Assembly (NCBI RefSeq): GCF_001194135.2
Contig: NC_068982.1
Coordinates: 168,762,281-168,826,280 of the forward strand
Source of the DNA: Octopus bimaculoides
Taxonomy: Eukaryota
Direction of reading: 5' to 3'
Length of the DNA: 64,000 bases
Shown here: piece after piece, positions 1 through 11,212 of the stretch
Layout of the letters: each line of letters opens with the position of its first letter
How positions within the stretch are numbered: the first letter of the stretch is position 1
Notes under the pieces: generated by a model
Told to the model about the DNA's origin: nothing
Database searches by the model: none
The model's input: only the letters and a program-made list of their open reading frames with translations
Translations under genes and position numbers: made by a program

Positions 1-39
<39 letters not shown>

Positions 40-78
40 TATATACACATACATATATATATATACATATATATATAC
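1..78. repeat. (TA)n/(CA) microsatellite
   Basis: Direct reading. Confidence 0.95.
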
Positions 79-237
79 ATCCTTTAAGTTCGTTTACCGG
101 AAAAGTGTTTAAGTATGCATATAACTGCTCTTATTTTATTATGTGGGCTACAGCCTGATGATACCAACTAGCAATTGCAATTTTATGAGGTTGTACCGGA
201 CTGCGCTGATTATAATATAGGATAAGTATAGATATTA

Positions 238-544
238 TAATAATAATCCATGGATTCATAAATTTATAAATATTTTGATGCATCGCAACGCGCATTTCCA
301 CAGATCACATGAAATCACATGTTTCTTACGATCATAGTCTGTATTCGCTGCTTCCAACGTTAATGTCATATCACCTGAAGAAATGAACACATGAATATGA
401 TCCACCCGATGTCCATGCATACAAAGGATTGTATTGAAATCACCCCAGGAATACGGACTATGATCGTAAGAAGCATGTGATTTGTGGAAACGCGCGTAGT
501 GCTGCATTAAAATATTTATAAATTTCATCCATGGATTATTATTA
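238..544. mobile_element. Fold-back / MITE-like element with ~100-bp imperfect inverted arms
   Basis: 238-346 (taataatccatggat...gatcatagtctgtattc) is the reverse complement of 449-544, apart from scattered mismatches and a 10-bp local duplication (aaatcacatg) in the left arm. Spacer is ~100 bp. Superfamily not assignable. Confidence 0.75.
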
Positions 545-548
545 CTCC

Positions 549-588
<40 letters not shown>

Positions 589-614
589 TGTGTGTGTGTG
601 TACGCACACATGTA

Positions 615-831
615 TACGAGGGTACACTGAAAATCTCCTGGCATTAAGGTCATCATGAAAGGCCTGACTGGAGGCCCAACCTTCCAAGTTCTTTTACAGG
701 GCTTAGAAAAAGTGAAGGACAGCTGCAAAAAGTGTGTGAATCTGAAAGAGGAATATGTTGAATAATATAATTAACTGATCTTCCTGTATTTTTTTTTACC
801 GAAAGCTAGGAACTTTTCGGCACCCTCTCGT
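615..831 (+). mobile_element. Mariner-derived MITE, copy 1
   Basis: Ends tacgagggtacactgaaaa... / ...ttttcggcaccctctcgt. Internal 694-765 reads LQGLEKVKDSCKKCVNLKEEYVE*, matching the typical mariner transposase C-terminus (KC....G.YVE). Related copies at 49.4 and 59.3 kb. Confidence 0.8.
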
Positions 832-1149
832 GCGCGCGCGCGTGTGTGTGTATGCCATCAAAGTTCAAATTCTGTGTTTCTGCATGTGTGTATGGGTGTT
901 TCAATATTTTAGGCTAAATTCTTTGTTTCTTTTTCTTTAAACCTAAATATATTTAAAGAGCATGGTGGCTGTTGCTCTGGTTGAAGTTCAGAAGTCAACA
1001 CATGTTGATGGAATCTAAATTTCGACACGTTTACCATTACTCCGATATACTTCTTGACAGTCAACTCGTTAATAGGTCACGCCTTTTGAGGGCTAAGTAA
1101 CATACCTCGTGAGTTATTTACTATTTAAATTACACGTATCAATATTTAT

Positions 1150-1534
1150 GTGGAGGCGTAATGGCCCAGTGGTTAGAGCAGCGGACTCGTGGTCGTATAA
1201 TCGCGGTTTCGATTCCCAGACCGGGCGTTGTGAGTGTTTATTGAGCGAAAACACCTAAAGCTCCACGAGGCTCCGGCAGGGGGTAGTGGCGGACCCTGCT
1301 GTACTCTTTCACCACAACTTTCTCTCACTCTATCTTCCTGTTTCTGTTGTACCTGTATTTCAAAGGGCCAGCCTTGCCAAACTCTGGGTCACGCTGAATC
1401 TCCCCCGAGAACTACGTTAAGGGTACACGTGTCTGTGGAGTGTTCAGCCACTTGCACGTTAATTTCACGAGCAGGCTGTTCCGTTGATCGGATCAACTGG
1501 AACCCTCGTCGTCGTAACCGACGGAGTGCCAACC
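1150..1534 (+). mobile_element. tRNA-derived SINE, long type (A-box TGGCCCAGTGG, B-box GGTTTCGATTCCC)
   Basis: Pol III boxes present. 3' half (cctgtatttcaaagg...aaccgacggagtgc) is shared with the 54434-54758 copy. Resembles octopus tRNA-derived SINEs from memory. Confidence 0.8.
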
Positions 1535-1556
1535 ACCATCAATATTTATACAAATA

Positions 1557-1769
1557 CTCAGGCGGTGAGCTGGCAGAATCGTTACCGTACCGGAAATATG
1601 CTTTGCAGCAATTCTTCCGACTTCACGTTCTGAGTTCAAATGCTGCCAGGGTCGACTTTGCCTTTCATTCAACAAGGGTCGACAAATCAAGTTCCAGTTG
1701 AACACTGGTGTTGATGTAGCCGATTTACCCTCTCCCCCGAAATTACTGGCCTTATGCCAAATTTGAAAC
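1557..1769 (+). mobile_element. tRNA-derived SINE, major family, tail type A, with 17-bp TSD
   Basis: Family motifs ggcggtgagctggcagaatcg...gagttcaaat...gtcgactttgcctttcat. Flanked by exact direct repeat caatatttatacaaata at 1540-1556 and 1770-1786. Confidence 0.85.
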
Positions 1770-2391
1770 CAATATTTATACAAATATTGATTTGTGTAAA
1801 TGAGTGAATTTGGAATCGTAGAATTTATGAGAGGTTTTTTTTTTTTTTTGTAGTTAATATTTTATAAAGATCGAATCACTGATTTTAATGCTTGTTAGAC
1901 GGAGCCTAGTTTATGAGCTAAATCCGTTAAAATACCTTTCGAATTAATTAAGATGGTGCTGATAGTGTAAAACATTTTGCGAATTGTTTTACATGGTACT
2001 CTCATCCAGCTTAGGTGTTATCCAGAACATCGAAGAGTTGATAAACGTCTACTGTTGAGCTTCCGTTTGTGACAAACACATTCTATGTTTTCTTATTCCA
2101 GACAACTCTCAACGACTGCAACAATCTTTGAATTCAGTCCTTAGGCAATGGTAAAACAACATTTTGCTTTAATAGCAATTTCACTTGTCTTATGTTTATG
2201 AATATTTCATGTAAAAATATACAAATCAACATTTGCTTTTCCTTCTCTGTGTAATTACGTGAAAATTTGTAAAAATTACCTAAAAGTGAATCTAAGAGAG
2301 AAATCAATACAATTATAATTTCAATAACAAGTAGGAATTATACATTGTACCATTGATGATTTAGGGGAACGAAAGTTTCATTTTTCCCCGT

Positions 2392-2722
2392 CCGATATAC
2401 TGGCTCCTGTTGATTTATGGGACATAGTGGCGATATTTCCTACTAGAAGTAACAGCAAAATCTTGCTCACATTACACAATACCGTCTCAAAAACACACAC
2501 ATACACACACCTATACACAAAACATTGCCATATCACCACACTTCCATCATACACCATCAGCACTATACATTAGTACCATATTTATCCGTCTCCATTTCTG
2601 CACATTATCACATCGATATACCTATGGATCAAATATATCACATCTGCCCTCTAGCAATGGAAACCCGATAATGATCGTCGCAAACCTACTAATGGACATT
2701 TAAAAAACTGACCATTATTCTT
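2392..2722 (+). repeat. Local duplication, shorter copy of 4466-5003
   Basis: High identity to 4466-4560 joined to 4775-5003; about 215 bp of the longer copy is absent here. Confidence 0.85.
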
Positions 2723-4465
2723 TTTTTTTTCTTCTTTTCCAAGCCTGCTGTGTTTGTAACGAGAAAATGGTCGGAAAAATCTTTCAATAAATTATCAGCA
2801 CCTTCGACCATTTTCTAAACTATATAGTACATATTTCTGAATCCTAAGTGAATTGGGGCAATGTAAAATACTGTGCTCTAACCATTAAGCTAATAAAAAT
2901 AAGTTGCAGGGGATTCTAACTTGTTAACAGTGAAATGAAGGCTAAGTTAATCAGTAAAATGATTTCGTTGAAAGCTGATTTGGATACGAAACCAGTAAGT
3001 AGATGTCGATCTTAATATCGTGTGCAGAACTGTTAAATTAAGCAGCAGCACTAAATAAGTGAGAAAAGGAAAGGTGTTAAACTTTAACGCATGTCTTATG
3101 AGAGACAAGAACGTTTGGGTTGTTTAGAAAGGCTTTTAACACTATGAATGAAAGTGTATTTTGCTTTACTAATTGAATATTATTGTATAGTGATTTTGAA
3201 TAGTTAAGTCAAGCGAATGGCAGACTGCTGGTTATGAAGGTCCTTTTCCATTCCATTTTGCTTATAGCTGTGTGGGGGGGGGGGGGTGTTTATTCGTTTT
3301 TTAACACTGCAAGAAATTCTAAAACATCTTCTGATGATGGACTCTGAAACATTTTCAGATGATGGATTCAGATGATGGATATCTGTCTCAAAAAGGTGGA
3401 GGACCATGAAGAACATGTCAAGGAAAATTATTTCGGTTATTATTGTTGATTTGCCAAAGGTTTATCGCTACATTCCCCTACACAGTGAAATTTGCTTTTA
3501 TGCTGATACTTGGTAGGTGAGTATGTTTATACACGAATTATATAAAAAGCTTTCCTAGTCTCAAATAAAATTCAATATAGGTTCATTTCAAATTTATTCT
3601 GACTTTATACTAGGACTAGTGTGTTTGTGTGTGTAACAGCAGCGCTGGGCCAGATGTTGGAGCAATGTTCTACTGTCGGTCTCTTTTATGATCTTAAACA
3701 GTTTGTAATTGTCTGGAGCTGAAGCATTTTGCAGCACAAATGTAATCATTGGTGATACTAAGGCCTAGATTTTGTAGAGGACGACCCTGAGGGCTCCCGT
3801 TACTTACTGTTCATTCTTAATAGATGGAGACACGTTATATTCTCATGGTAGTCTTTTATGATATTGAAGAAAACAAGTTCAACATGACTCTTTCAGAAAG
3901 TACATTCACGCAGATTACGTGTGAGGTTTTTTGGTTGCATGTGATTGACGCATGGAACATATCGATGCTAATGGAAGAGAAATAATTGCCAAAGCCGCTG
4001 ACTTTGTTGGTTTTAGGTGAACGAAGGGGCTTCCACATTTGGAGTTTGCATAAATGGCGGTGAGTCTGTTGGAGTGGAAGGGAATGAAATGGGAGGAGAT
4101 TTACCTTGTGTGTGCTGCGTAAAAGTAACTGGATGTAAGATGGGAGAAAGTGAGAGTACGGTTTACAAAACAATAAGGGCTGGAAAGTGAAGCGAATGAA
4201 CATTCCGAAAAGATGTATTCGGATAACCGTCTTATTCGAGTTTTGATGGAAAGCCAGCCATCTTTTAAGTGTGGGTGATTTTCTCTGAACATTATAAGCC
4301 ATATTCTTTATCTGAATTGCTTCAACACAACAATGAGAGAACCACGTGGACAATGTGGAGCTATAAGTTTTTGTCTGTGTAGGATATATTGAGAAACATA
4401 TCTACAAAGGAACACTTTGTGCCCTTTCAGTCATCCCCACTCAACTGATTTAAAGTATCATAGGA

Positions 4466-5003
4466 GCCGACAAGCTCCTGTTAAGTTATGTGACATAGTG
4501 GCGATATTTCCTACTAGAAGTAACAGCAAAATCTTGCTCACATTACACAATACCTTCTTAAAAATGGAAGAACAAATTGAACAATATTAATATAGATATA
4601 TATATTAAGATTGGATTGCTACAACTAAAACGTCCTAATTGTAGGTATCTAATTATCGGGTGTAACGTAGGATCTGGCAGTAGCAGCAACCACCGCATCA
4701 CAACATCACATATCTAAATTTCCATTCATCACACCACTACAAGCACCTCAACACTAAATCTAAAATTTATACACTCACATACACACACCTATACACAAAA
4801 CACTGCCATATCACCACGCTTCTATCATAACTCCATCAGCACTATACATTAGTACCCTATTTATCTATCTCCATTTCTGCACGTTATCACATCGACATAC
4901 CTATGGATCAAATATATCACATCTGCCCTCTAGCAATGGAAACCCGATAATGATCGTCACAAACCTACTAATGGACATTTAAAATACTGACCATTATTCT
5001 TTT
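4466..5003 (+). repeat. Local duplication, longer copy; begins with a dispersed-repeat fragment
   Basis: Partner of 2392-2722. The first ~160 bp resemble the dispersed family seen at 51655-51830. Confidence 0.8.
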
Positions 5004-5169
5004 CGTTTCTACCTACATTCTTTACCTTTTTATTTCTTCATGGCCAGCTAGTTTTCTTGATGCTTCCACGACTAAAGTTGGCTTCTTCCGAATACAATCT
5101 TCTCATAAATCCAACAATAAAAAAAAAAATAACTTCTCTGCAAATAGCAACTTTGAATGGACTGTAAAT

Positions 5170-6800
5170 GTGGTCGTCATCGTTGCAGCCATTGTTGTTG
5201 CTGCTGCTGCCACCTGCTATGGTGATAGTGGTGGTGGTGGTGATGTTACTGATGGCTGTAGTAGAGGTTATAGTGGTAATACTCTAGGTGATGGCGATGG
5301 TTGTGCCAGTAGTGGCGGCGGTGGCAGCAGCAATACCGGNNNNNNNNNNNNNNNNNNNNNNNNNNNNNNNNNNNNNNNNNNNNNNNNNNNNNNNNNNNNN
5401 NNNNNNNNNNNNNNNNNNNNNNNNNNNNNNNNNNNNNNNNNNNNNNNNNNNNNNNNNNNNNNNNNNNNNNNNNNGTGGTGGTGGCGGCGGCGGCGGTGGT
5501 GGTGGTGGTGGTGGTAGATTTGGTTCTGATGGTGACGGTGTTGGCTGTAGCTGTTATTACAAAGTACAAAGATGGTGATTTGCTGCAGTGGTGGTGGTGG
5601 TGGTGGTGGTGGTGATGTTACTGATGGCTGTAGTAGAGGTTATAGTGGTAATACTCTAGGTGATGGCGATGGTTGTGCCAGTAGTGGCGGCGGTGGCAGC
5701 AGCAATACCGGTACCGGTACTTAACTAATAAAGGTGGTATTGGTGATGTTGACGGTTGCTCTACAGGAGACGATGGCGATTCTACCATCACTACGGATGC
5801 TACTACCATTATTCTTGTTCTTGTTATTACTGCCACTCTTGCACTAAACGTTAGCATCGCTCTTACTCTTTTTATACTTTATATTATAGTTCATTTTTTG
5901 ATTTTTATTTTAGGTTATTTTTCGTTCCCCGTTACTCTATCTTGCCAATTTTACTGCTGCTGCTGCTGCTGTGGTTGTTGTTGTTGTTGTTGTTGTTGTT
6001 ACCGCTTAACATTTTCGGTTGCCGTCGTTATCGTGATGGAGGTTTATTTTCTTGTTTTTCCCATTTTTGTTGCTCGTGTTGTTGTTGTTGCCGTCGTGTT
6101 TTGCTATTATTATTTATTCTTGTTTGTGTGTGTTTATTATTTTTTTTCTAGTATGATATTGATGTGACTCTAGCTTTTGTTGCTATTATTTTGTTATTGT
6201 TGAAGTTTGTGTTGTTGATGGCGACGGCGGCGGTACTGTTGTTGTTGTTGTTGTTGTTGTGATGGTGGTAGAGGAGGAAGAGGAGGCGGAGGNNNNNNNN
6301 NNNNNNNNNNNNNNNNNNNNNNNNNNNNNNNNNNNNNNNNNNNNNNNNNNNNNNNNNNNNNNNNNNNNNNNNNNNNNNNNNNNNNNNNNNNNNNNNNNNN
6401 NNNNNNNNNNNNNNNNNNNNNNNNNNNNNNNNNNNNNNNNNNNNNNNNNNNNNNNNNNNNNNNNNNNNNNNNNNNNNNNNNNNNNNNNNNNNNNNNNNNN
6501 NNNNNNNNNNNNNNNNNNNNNNNNNNNNNNNNNNNNNNNNNNNNNNNNNNNNNNNNNNNNNNNNNNNNNTGGTGGTGGTGGTGGAGGCGGCTGCGGTGGA
6601 GGCGGCTGCGGTGGAGGCGGCTGCGGTGGAGGCGGCAGTGGCGGTGGTGACAGTGTTGAAGGTTATTGAAATGGTGGTGGTGGTGGTGGTAGTGGTGGTG
6701 AGGAAGTGGTAGCGATGATAATGAAGAGGAGACGGCGATGGCGAAACATAGGTGAAGACGCTGGTGATGGAAATAATGATGTTGTTATTGCTACAATTGT
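5170..6800. repeat. Degenerate GGT/GTT/GCT/GGC trinucleotide low-complexity tract with two gaps
   Basis: Direct reading; gaps at 5340-5474 and 6293-6569. Confidence 0.9.
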
Positions 6801-7483
6801 GTTTCTTTATTGTTGTGGTTGTTCTTGATGATCTTCATAAATACAATAACTGTTTTCTTTTGTTGACTTTTTTTTTTTTTACTTTTCTTCTTTTCGAGTA
6901 TTTTATTTCATTCTATTTTATTTTTACTTTCTTTTGAATTGTATTCGGCCACTGATATTATTTAATCGATACCAAGAATAAAGGATGTTTCCAAGATAGA
7001 AGAATATTCCTTGAATATTTGGTTATAATCTAAGATAAACAAACCAAAAAAAAAAACCCAAAAAAATATCAATGCCACAAATAAAATCACAAGAAGAAAA
7101 AAAAAGTGGATTAAAAAATATAAATGCGGAAAGCGAAAGTAAAAGTCCTGCCTCCCGGCTATTCTAACGCGACGAACATATATTAATGAAGGTTTGTGGT
7201 TGATTTGTTCATCTTGTTATCCTCATCATCTTACCATTATATATCACCATTAGCATCGCCTTCATCACCACTGTCTTTACCAGCAGCATCACCATTGTTG
7301 TGATCATCACCATTATCGTAATATTCATTGCGATCGTCCTCGTGGCCGTCATCATGTCGGACACCAGAAGCAACAGTAGCGGCAATAATTCTACTTGCTG
7401 CAAGTCGGGTTCAGTTTTAGTAATATAATCCAATATATTAGTTCTAGGTCTGAATACTTTTTGGACGGTACTTGTACGTGTTG

Positions 7484-7560
<77 letters not shown>
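7484..7560. repeat. (CT)n(CA)n microsatellite before the 953-nt gap (7561-8513)
   Basis: Direct reading. Confidence 0.95.
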
Positions 7561-8513
7561 NNNNNNNNNNNNNNNNNNNNNNNNNNNNNNNNNNNNNNNN
7601 NNNNNNNNNNNNNNNNNNNNNNNNNNNNNNNNNNNNNNNNNNNNNNNNNNNNNNNNNNNNNNNNNNNNNNNNNNNNNNNNNNNNNNNNNNNNNNNNNNNN
7701 NNNNNNNNNNNNNNNNNNNNNNNNNNNNNNNNNNNNNNNNNNNNNNNNNNNNNNNNNNNNNNNNNNNNNNNNNNNNNNNNNNNNNNNNNNNNNNNNNNNN
7801 NNNNNNNNNNNNNNNNNNNNNNNNNNNNNNNNNNNNNNNNNNNNNNNNNNNNNNNNNNNNNNNNNNNNNNNNNNNNNNNNNNNNNNNNNNNNNNNNNNNN
7901 NNNNNNNNNNNNNNNNNNNNNNNNNNNNNNNNNNNNNNNNNNNNNNNNNNNNNNNNNNNNNNNNNNNNNNNNNNNNNNNNNNNNNNNNNNNNNNNNNNNN
8001 NNNNNNNNNNNNNNNNNNNNNNNNNNNNNNNNNNNNNNNNNNNNNNNNNNNNNNNNNNNNNNNNNNNNNNNNNNNNNNNNNNNNNNNNNNNNNNNNNNNN
8101 NNNNNNNNNNNNNNNNNNNNNNNNNNNNNNNNNNNNNNNNNNNNNNNNNNNNNNNNNNNNNNNNNNNNNNNNNNNNNNNNNNNNNNNNNNNNNNNNNNNN
8201 NNNNNNNNNNNNNNNNNNNNNNNNNNNNNNNNNNNNNNNNNNNNNNNNNNNNNNNNNNNNNNNNNNNNNNNNNNNNNNNNNNNNNNNNNNNNNNNNNNNN
8301 NNNNNNNNNNNNNNNNNNNNNNNNNNNNNNNNNNNNNNNNNNNNNNNNNNNNNNNNNNNNNNNNNNNNNNNNNNNNNNNNNNNNNNNNNNNNNNNNNNNN
8401 NNNNNNNNNNNNNNNNNNNNNNNNNNNNNNNNNNNNNNNNNNNNNNNNNNNNNNNNNNNNNNNNNNNNNNNNNNNNNNNNNNNNNNNNNNNNNNNNNNNN
8501 NNNNNNNNNNNNN

Positions 8514-8956
8514 CATTTTGTAGCTTCTAAGCATCTGGCATAGAGTCACCACCACCATCTCAAATATCCATAAGCATTTAGTCGAGGAGGCCTTTTCCTT
8601 TCGTTGTTCGACACCGACCTGCAGCTCGCCGGATCCTCTCAAATTCTCCCACCCTTGCCAGCATGGAAAACAGACGTTAAATGAGGATGATAACGATGAT
8701 AAGGATGCTGACACACACACATATGTATTTAATAATTCTTCTCTATCATTTTGTAGCTTCTAAGCATCTGGCATAGAGTCACCACCACCATCTCAAATAT
8801 CCATAAGCATTTAGTCGAGGAGGCCTTTTCCTTTCGTTGTTCGACACCGACCTGCAGCTCGCCGGATCCTCTCAAATTCTCCCACCCTTGCCAGCATGGA
8901 AAACAGACGTTAAATGAGGATGATAACGATGATAAGGATGCTGACACACACACATA
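8514..8956 (+). repeat. Identical ~210-bp tandem duplicate (period 233) containing an RTE-type 3' tail
   Basis: 8514-8723 equals 8747-8956. Each ends in gccagcatggaaaacagacgttaaatgaggatgat, which from memory resembles an RTE LINE/SINE 3' end with a (GAT)n tail. Directly abuts a gap, so possibly an assembly artefact. Confidence 0.65.
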
Positions 8957-10125
8957 TACATGGAGACCGTAAGGAAAGCGGTGTTCTTTTACAGTTGTCC
9001 TTCACCATACCCAACGTTGCGCCATGATAACAGCTTCTAATACGTGCAAACTTGCGAGATACAGCGGGTGATCTCAGTGGTGCCGTGAAGCTGATACCAC
9101 TCGCAAGTAAACACACCGTGGAATCTGTTCTGTGGAAACCCACGGCGTTGGGAATGGTCTCAAAGATGGGAAGAATACGGAAAACCCCACCACTTTGAAT
9201 GGACCCAAGCTTACTACCCAGGATTGTGCTAATTAGATTGCTCCCCCACACAGACACACACCCATATCTGATATGGATGACATAATGTTTAGACATGAGT
9301 TGTAACAACACGGCTCCTGCAGAATGTCCTGTGGTAGGATACTGTTTTTCATGTCAGAGTTGTGTATAAATGCGTAGTGGAAACTTATAATAATGGCAAC
9401 TGTAAACCTCGTAAAACAGCGCATCTCTGTGCATAAGCATTCTTTTTTCCAACTCGAAGGTTAAGTTCTCTATTTCTTAGCAGAATACGCCCATAATCTA
9501 TCCATGAGTAAAGTCAATCATGGTTTGAAATGGTCGGGGTGGGGGAAGATCGCTCAACCTTCCCGGCGAAGGACATTCCTGCTACTTTGTATCAAAGAGA
9601 GATTGGAAATTGTATTAGCCAGCTCTAACCACTTACTTGATAAACGGGGAAAAATGTATAATTGTTTTACGTTCGTAGGAAAATTTAGACCTAGAATACA
9701 CTCGGCAGAGTGTAGGCTAGCAGCAACTATGATGGAATAAGCCAGACTTCGGGTTTTATTGAATGTTCTTCGTTGGTATCTCTGCCAGTAGGCTCACATA
9801 TTGTTGCACAAGCATAATGCTGTCAGGTATCCTGCATCCTACATCGGAATGCCCACTTTTGCACCTTTACCGTCCAATCCACCAGTAAACGTTCCCGCGC
9901 TTTGTTACATCTATACCGGAGAAATCTGGAGTCTAAAAGACTATCTACTCTTTTTATTTGGATTTCTTGACATTCACCGCAAGTTTGTTTACAGTGGGTA
10001 AAAGCGAAGATTCTTTCAATAAATCAAGAATTTATCTTCTTTGGTATTTAAAATACCTTTATTCGTGTTTGTTGTCAAAATTCTTGCTAGTCGCAACTTT
10101 AAGTTATTTCTCTTCACTCTTGTTG

Positions 10126-10154
10126 TGTGTGTGTGTGTGTGTGTGAGAGTGTGT

Positions 10155-10217
<63 letters not shown>

Positions 10218-10240
10218 TGTGTGTGTGTGGGTGTGTGTGA
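10126..10240. repeat. (GT)n microsatellite
   Basis: Direct reading. Confidence 0.95.
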
Positions 10241-10244
10241 GTAT

Positions 10245-10380
10245 GTGAAGACACGCGGTGTAGTGGTTGGCGTATTGGACTCACAATCATAATGCTGTCT
10301 GTTCGATTCTTGAGTCGGGCGTTATATCCTTGGGCAAGATACATTATGTCATGTTACTCCTGTACTCAGGTGAAAATGAT
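10245..10380 (+). mobile_element. Degenerate SINE 5' fragment
   Basis: tRNA-like head (ggtgtagtggtt...gttcgattc) followed by ccttgggcaagatac, paralleling tctttgagcaagacac in the 54434 SINE. Confidence 0.5.
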
Positions 10381-10421
10381 CTGTGTTGGAGCATATCTCT
10401 CTCTCTCTCTCCCTATCCCTC

Positions 10422-10456
<35 letters not shown>

Positions 10457-10663
10457 CTCCCAGTGTTACAGTGTCACATCCATAATGCTCTGCTGGGTCA
10501 ATAGCGGCGATCCCGAACGTATTTCAATGTTAATAGCTGCATAACACTCGAAATAATTGGCGAGTGGGGTACAATCTCCTGAGTCATACTCTGATACGAA
10601 TAGCGTCGATTCTTTTTCTGTGTGTATGCGTGTGTATGCGTGTGTCTGTGTGTGTACGAGAGG

Positions 10664-10705
<42 letters not shown>

Positions 10706-11165
10706 GAGTTTTTGTGTGATCGCGCTAGTTTCTGTGTGAGTGTGTGTATTTGTGTGCGTGTATGTATTTGCGTGCGTGCGTATGTGTGTGTGTGTGTATA
10801 TGTATGCATATATAAACGAATGGTTTAATCCTCCCATGTTGTATTTTGGGCAAATGCTATTTTCTGTAGCCTCAAGTCGACGTATAGCATGTGAGTGAAA
10901 CTAAGTAGACTAAAACCGCGCATGAGCCTGTGGATACAACATACTCGTAATTCAAAATGCTGTCACACATTTTTTACGCGTTAAAAGTACACGTGCCTTA
11001 AAACTGCACATGGCTGTGGAACGCCCATCCACTTAGAGAATAATTCAATGAGCAGAGATAATTTTGGGAAGTTGAGACTGCACAAAGAGTCTCTTATGAA
11101 ATGAGAGTTTCCAGGGAAGGCAATTTTCAAAGTTTGCGAATATTCGGATTAATGATTTATTGACG

Positions 11166-11212
<47 letters not shown>

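Noticed and set aside
1150-1226. tRNA-like sequence (also 10245-10320 and 54434-54505)
   Set aside because: A/B boxes are present, but there is no paired acceptor stem and each continues into a SINE body. These are SINE heads, not tRNA genes.
1234-1783. ORFs 1234-1701 (+) and 1493-1783 (-)
   Set aside because: They lie entirely within two adjacent SINEs and have no protein motif.
3330-3375. CTGATGA...GAAA motif
   Set aside because: No convincing stem II or III; the GAAA is part of an unrelated ctgaaa/tttcag hairpin.
5228-5709. Identical ~110-bp repeat (5228-5339 and ~5598-5709)
   Set aside because: The first copy ends exactly at a gap edge inside low-complexity DNA; most likely an assembly overlap.
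5170-6937. Gly-, Cys-, Leu- and Val-rich ORFs
   Set aside because: Products of trinucleotide repeats and N-gaps; no splice or homology support.
7395-8720. 350-400 aa ORFs (likewise 20307-21327, 45522-46490, 51885-52413, 32818-33324)
   Set aside because: Made of X residues spanning N-gaps plus dinucleotide repeats.
8514-8956. Perfect tandem duplication as a biological event
   Set aside because: 100% identical and starting at a gap edge; an artefact cannot be excluded without long reads.
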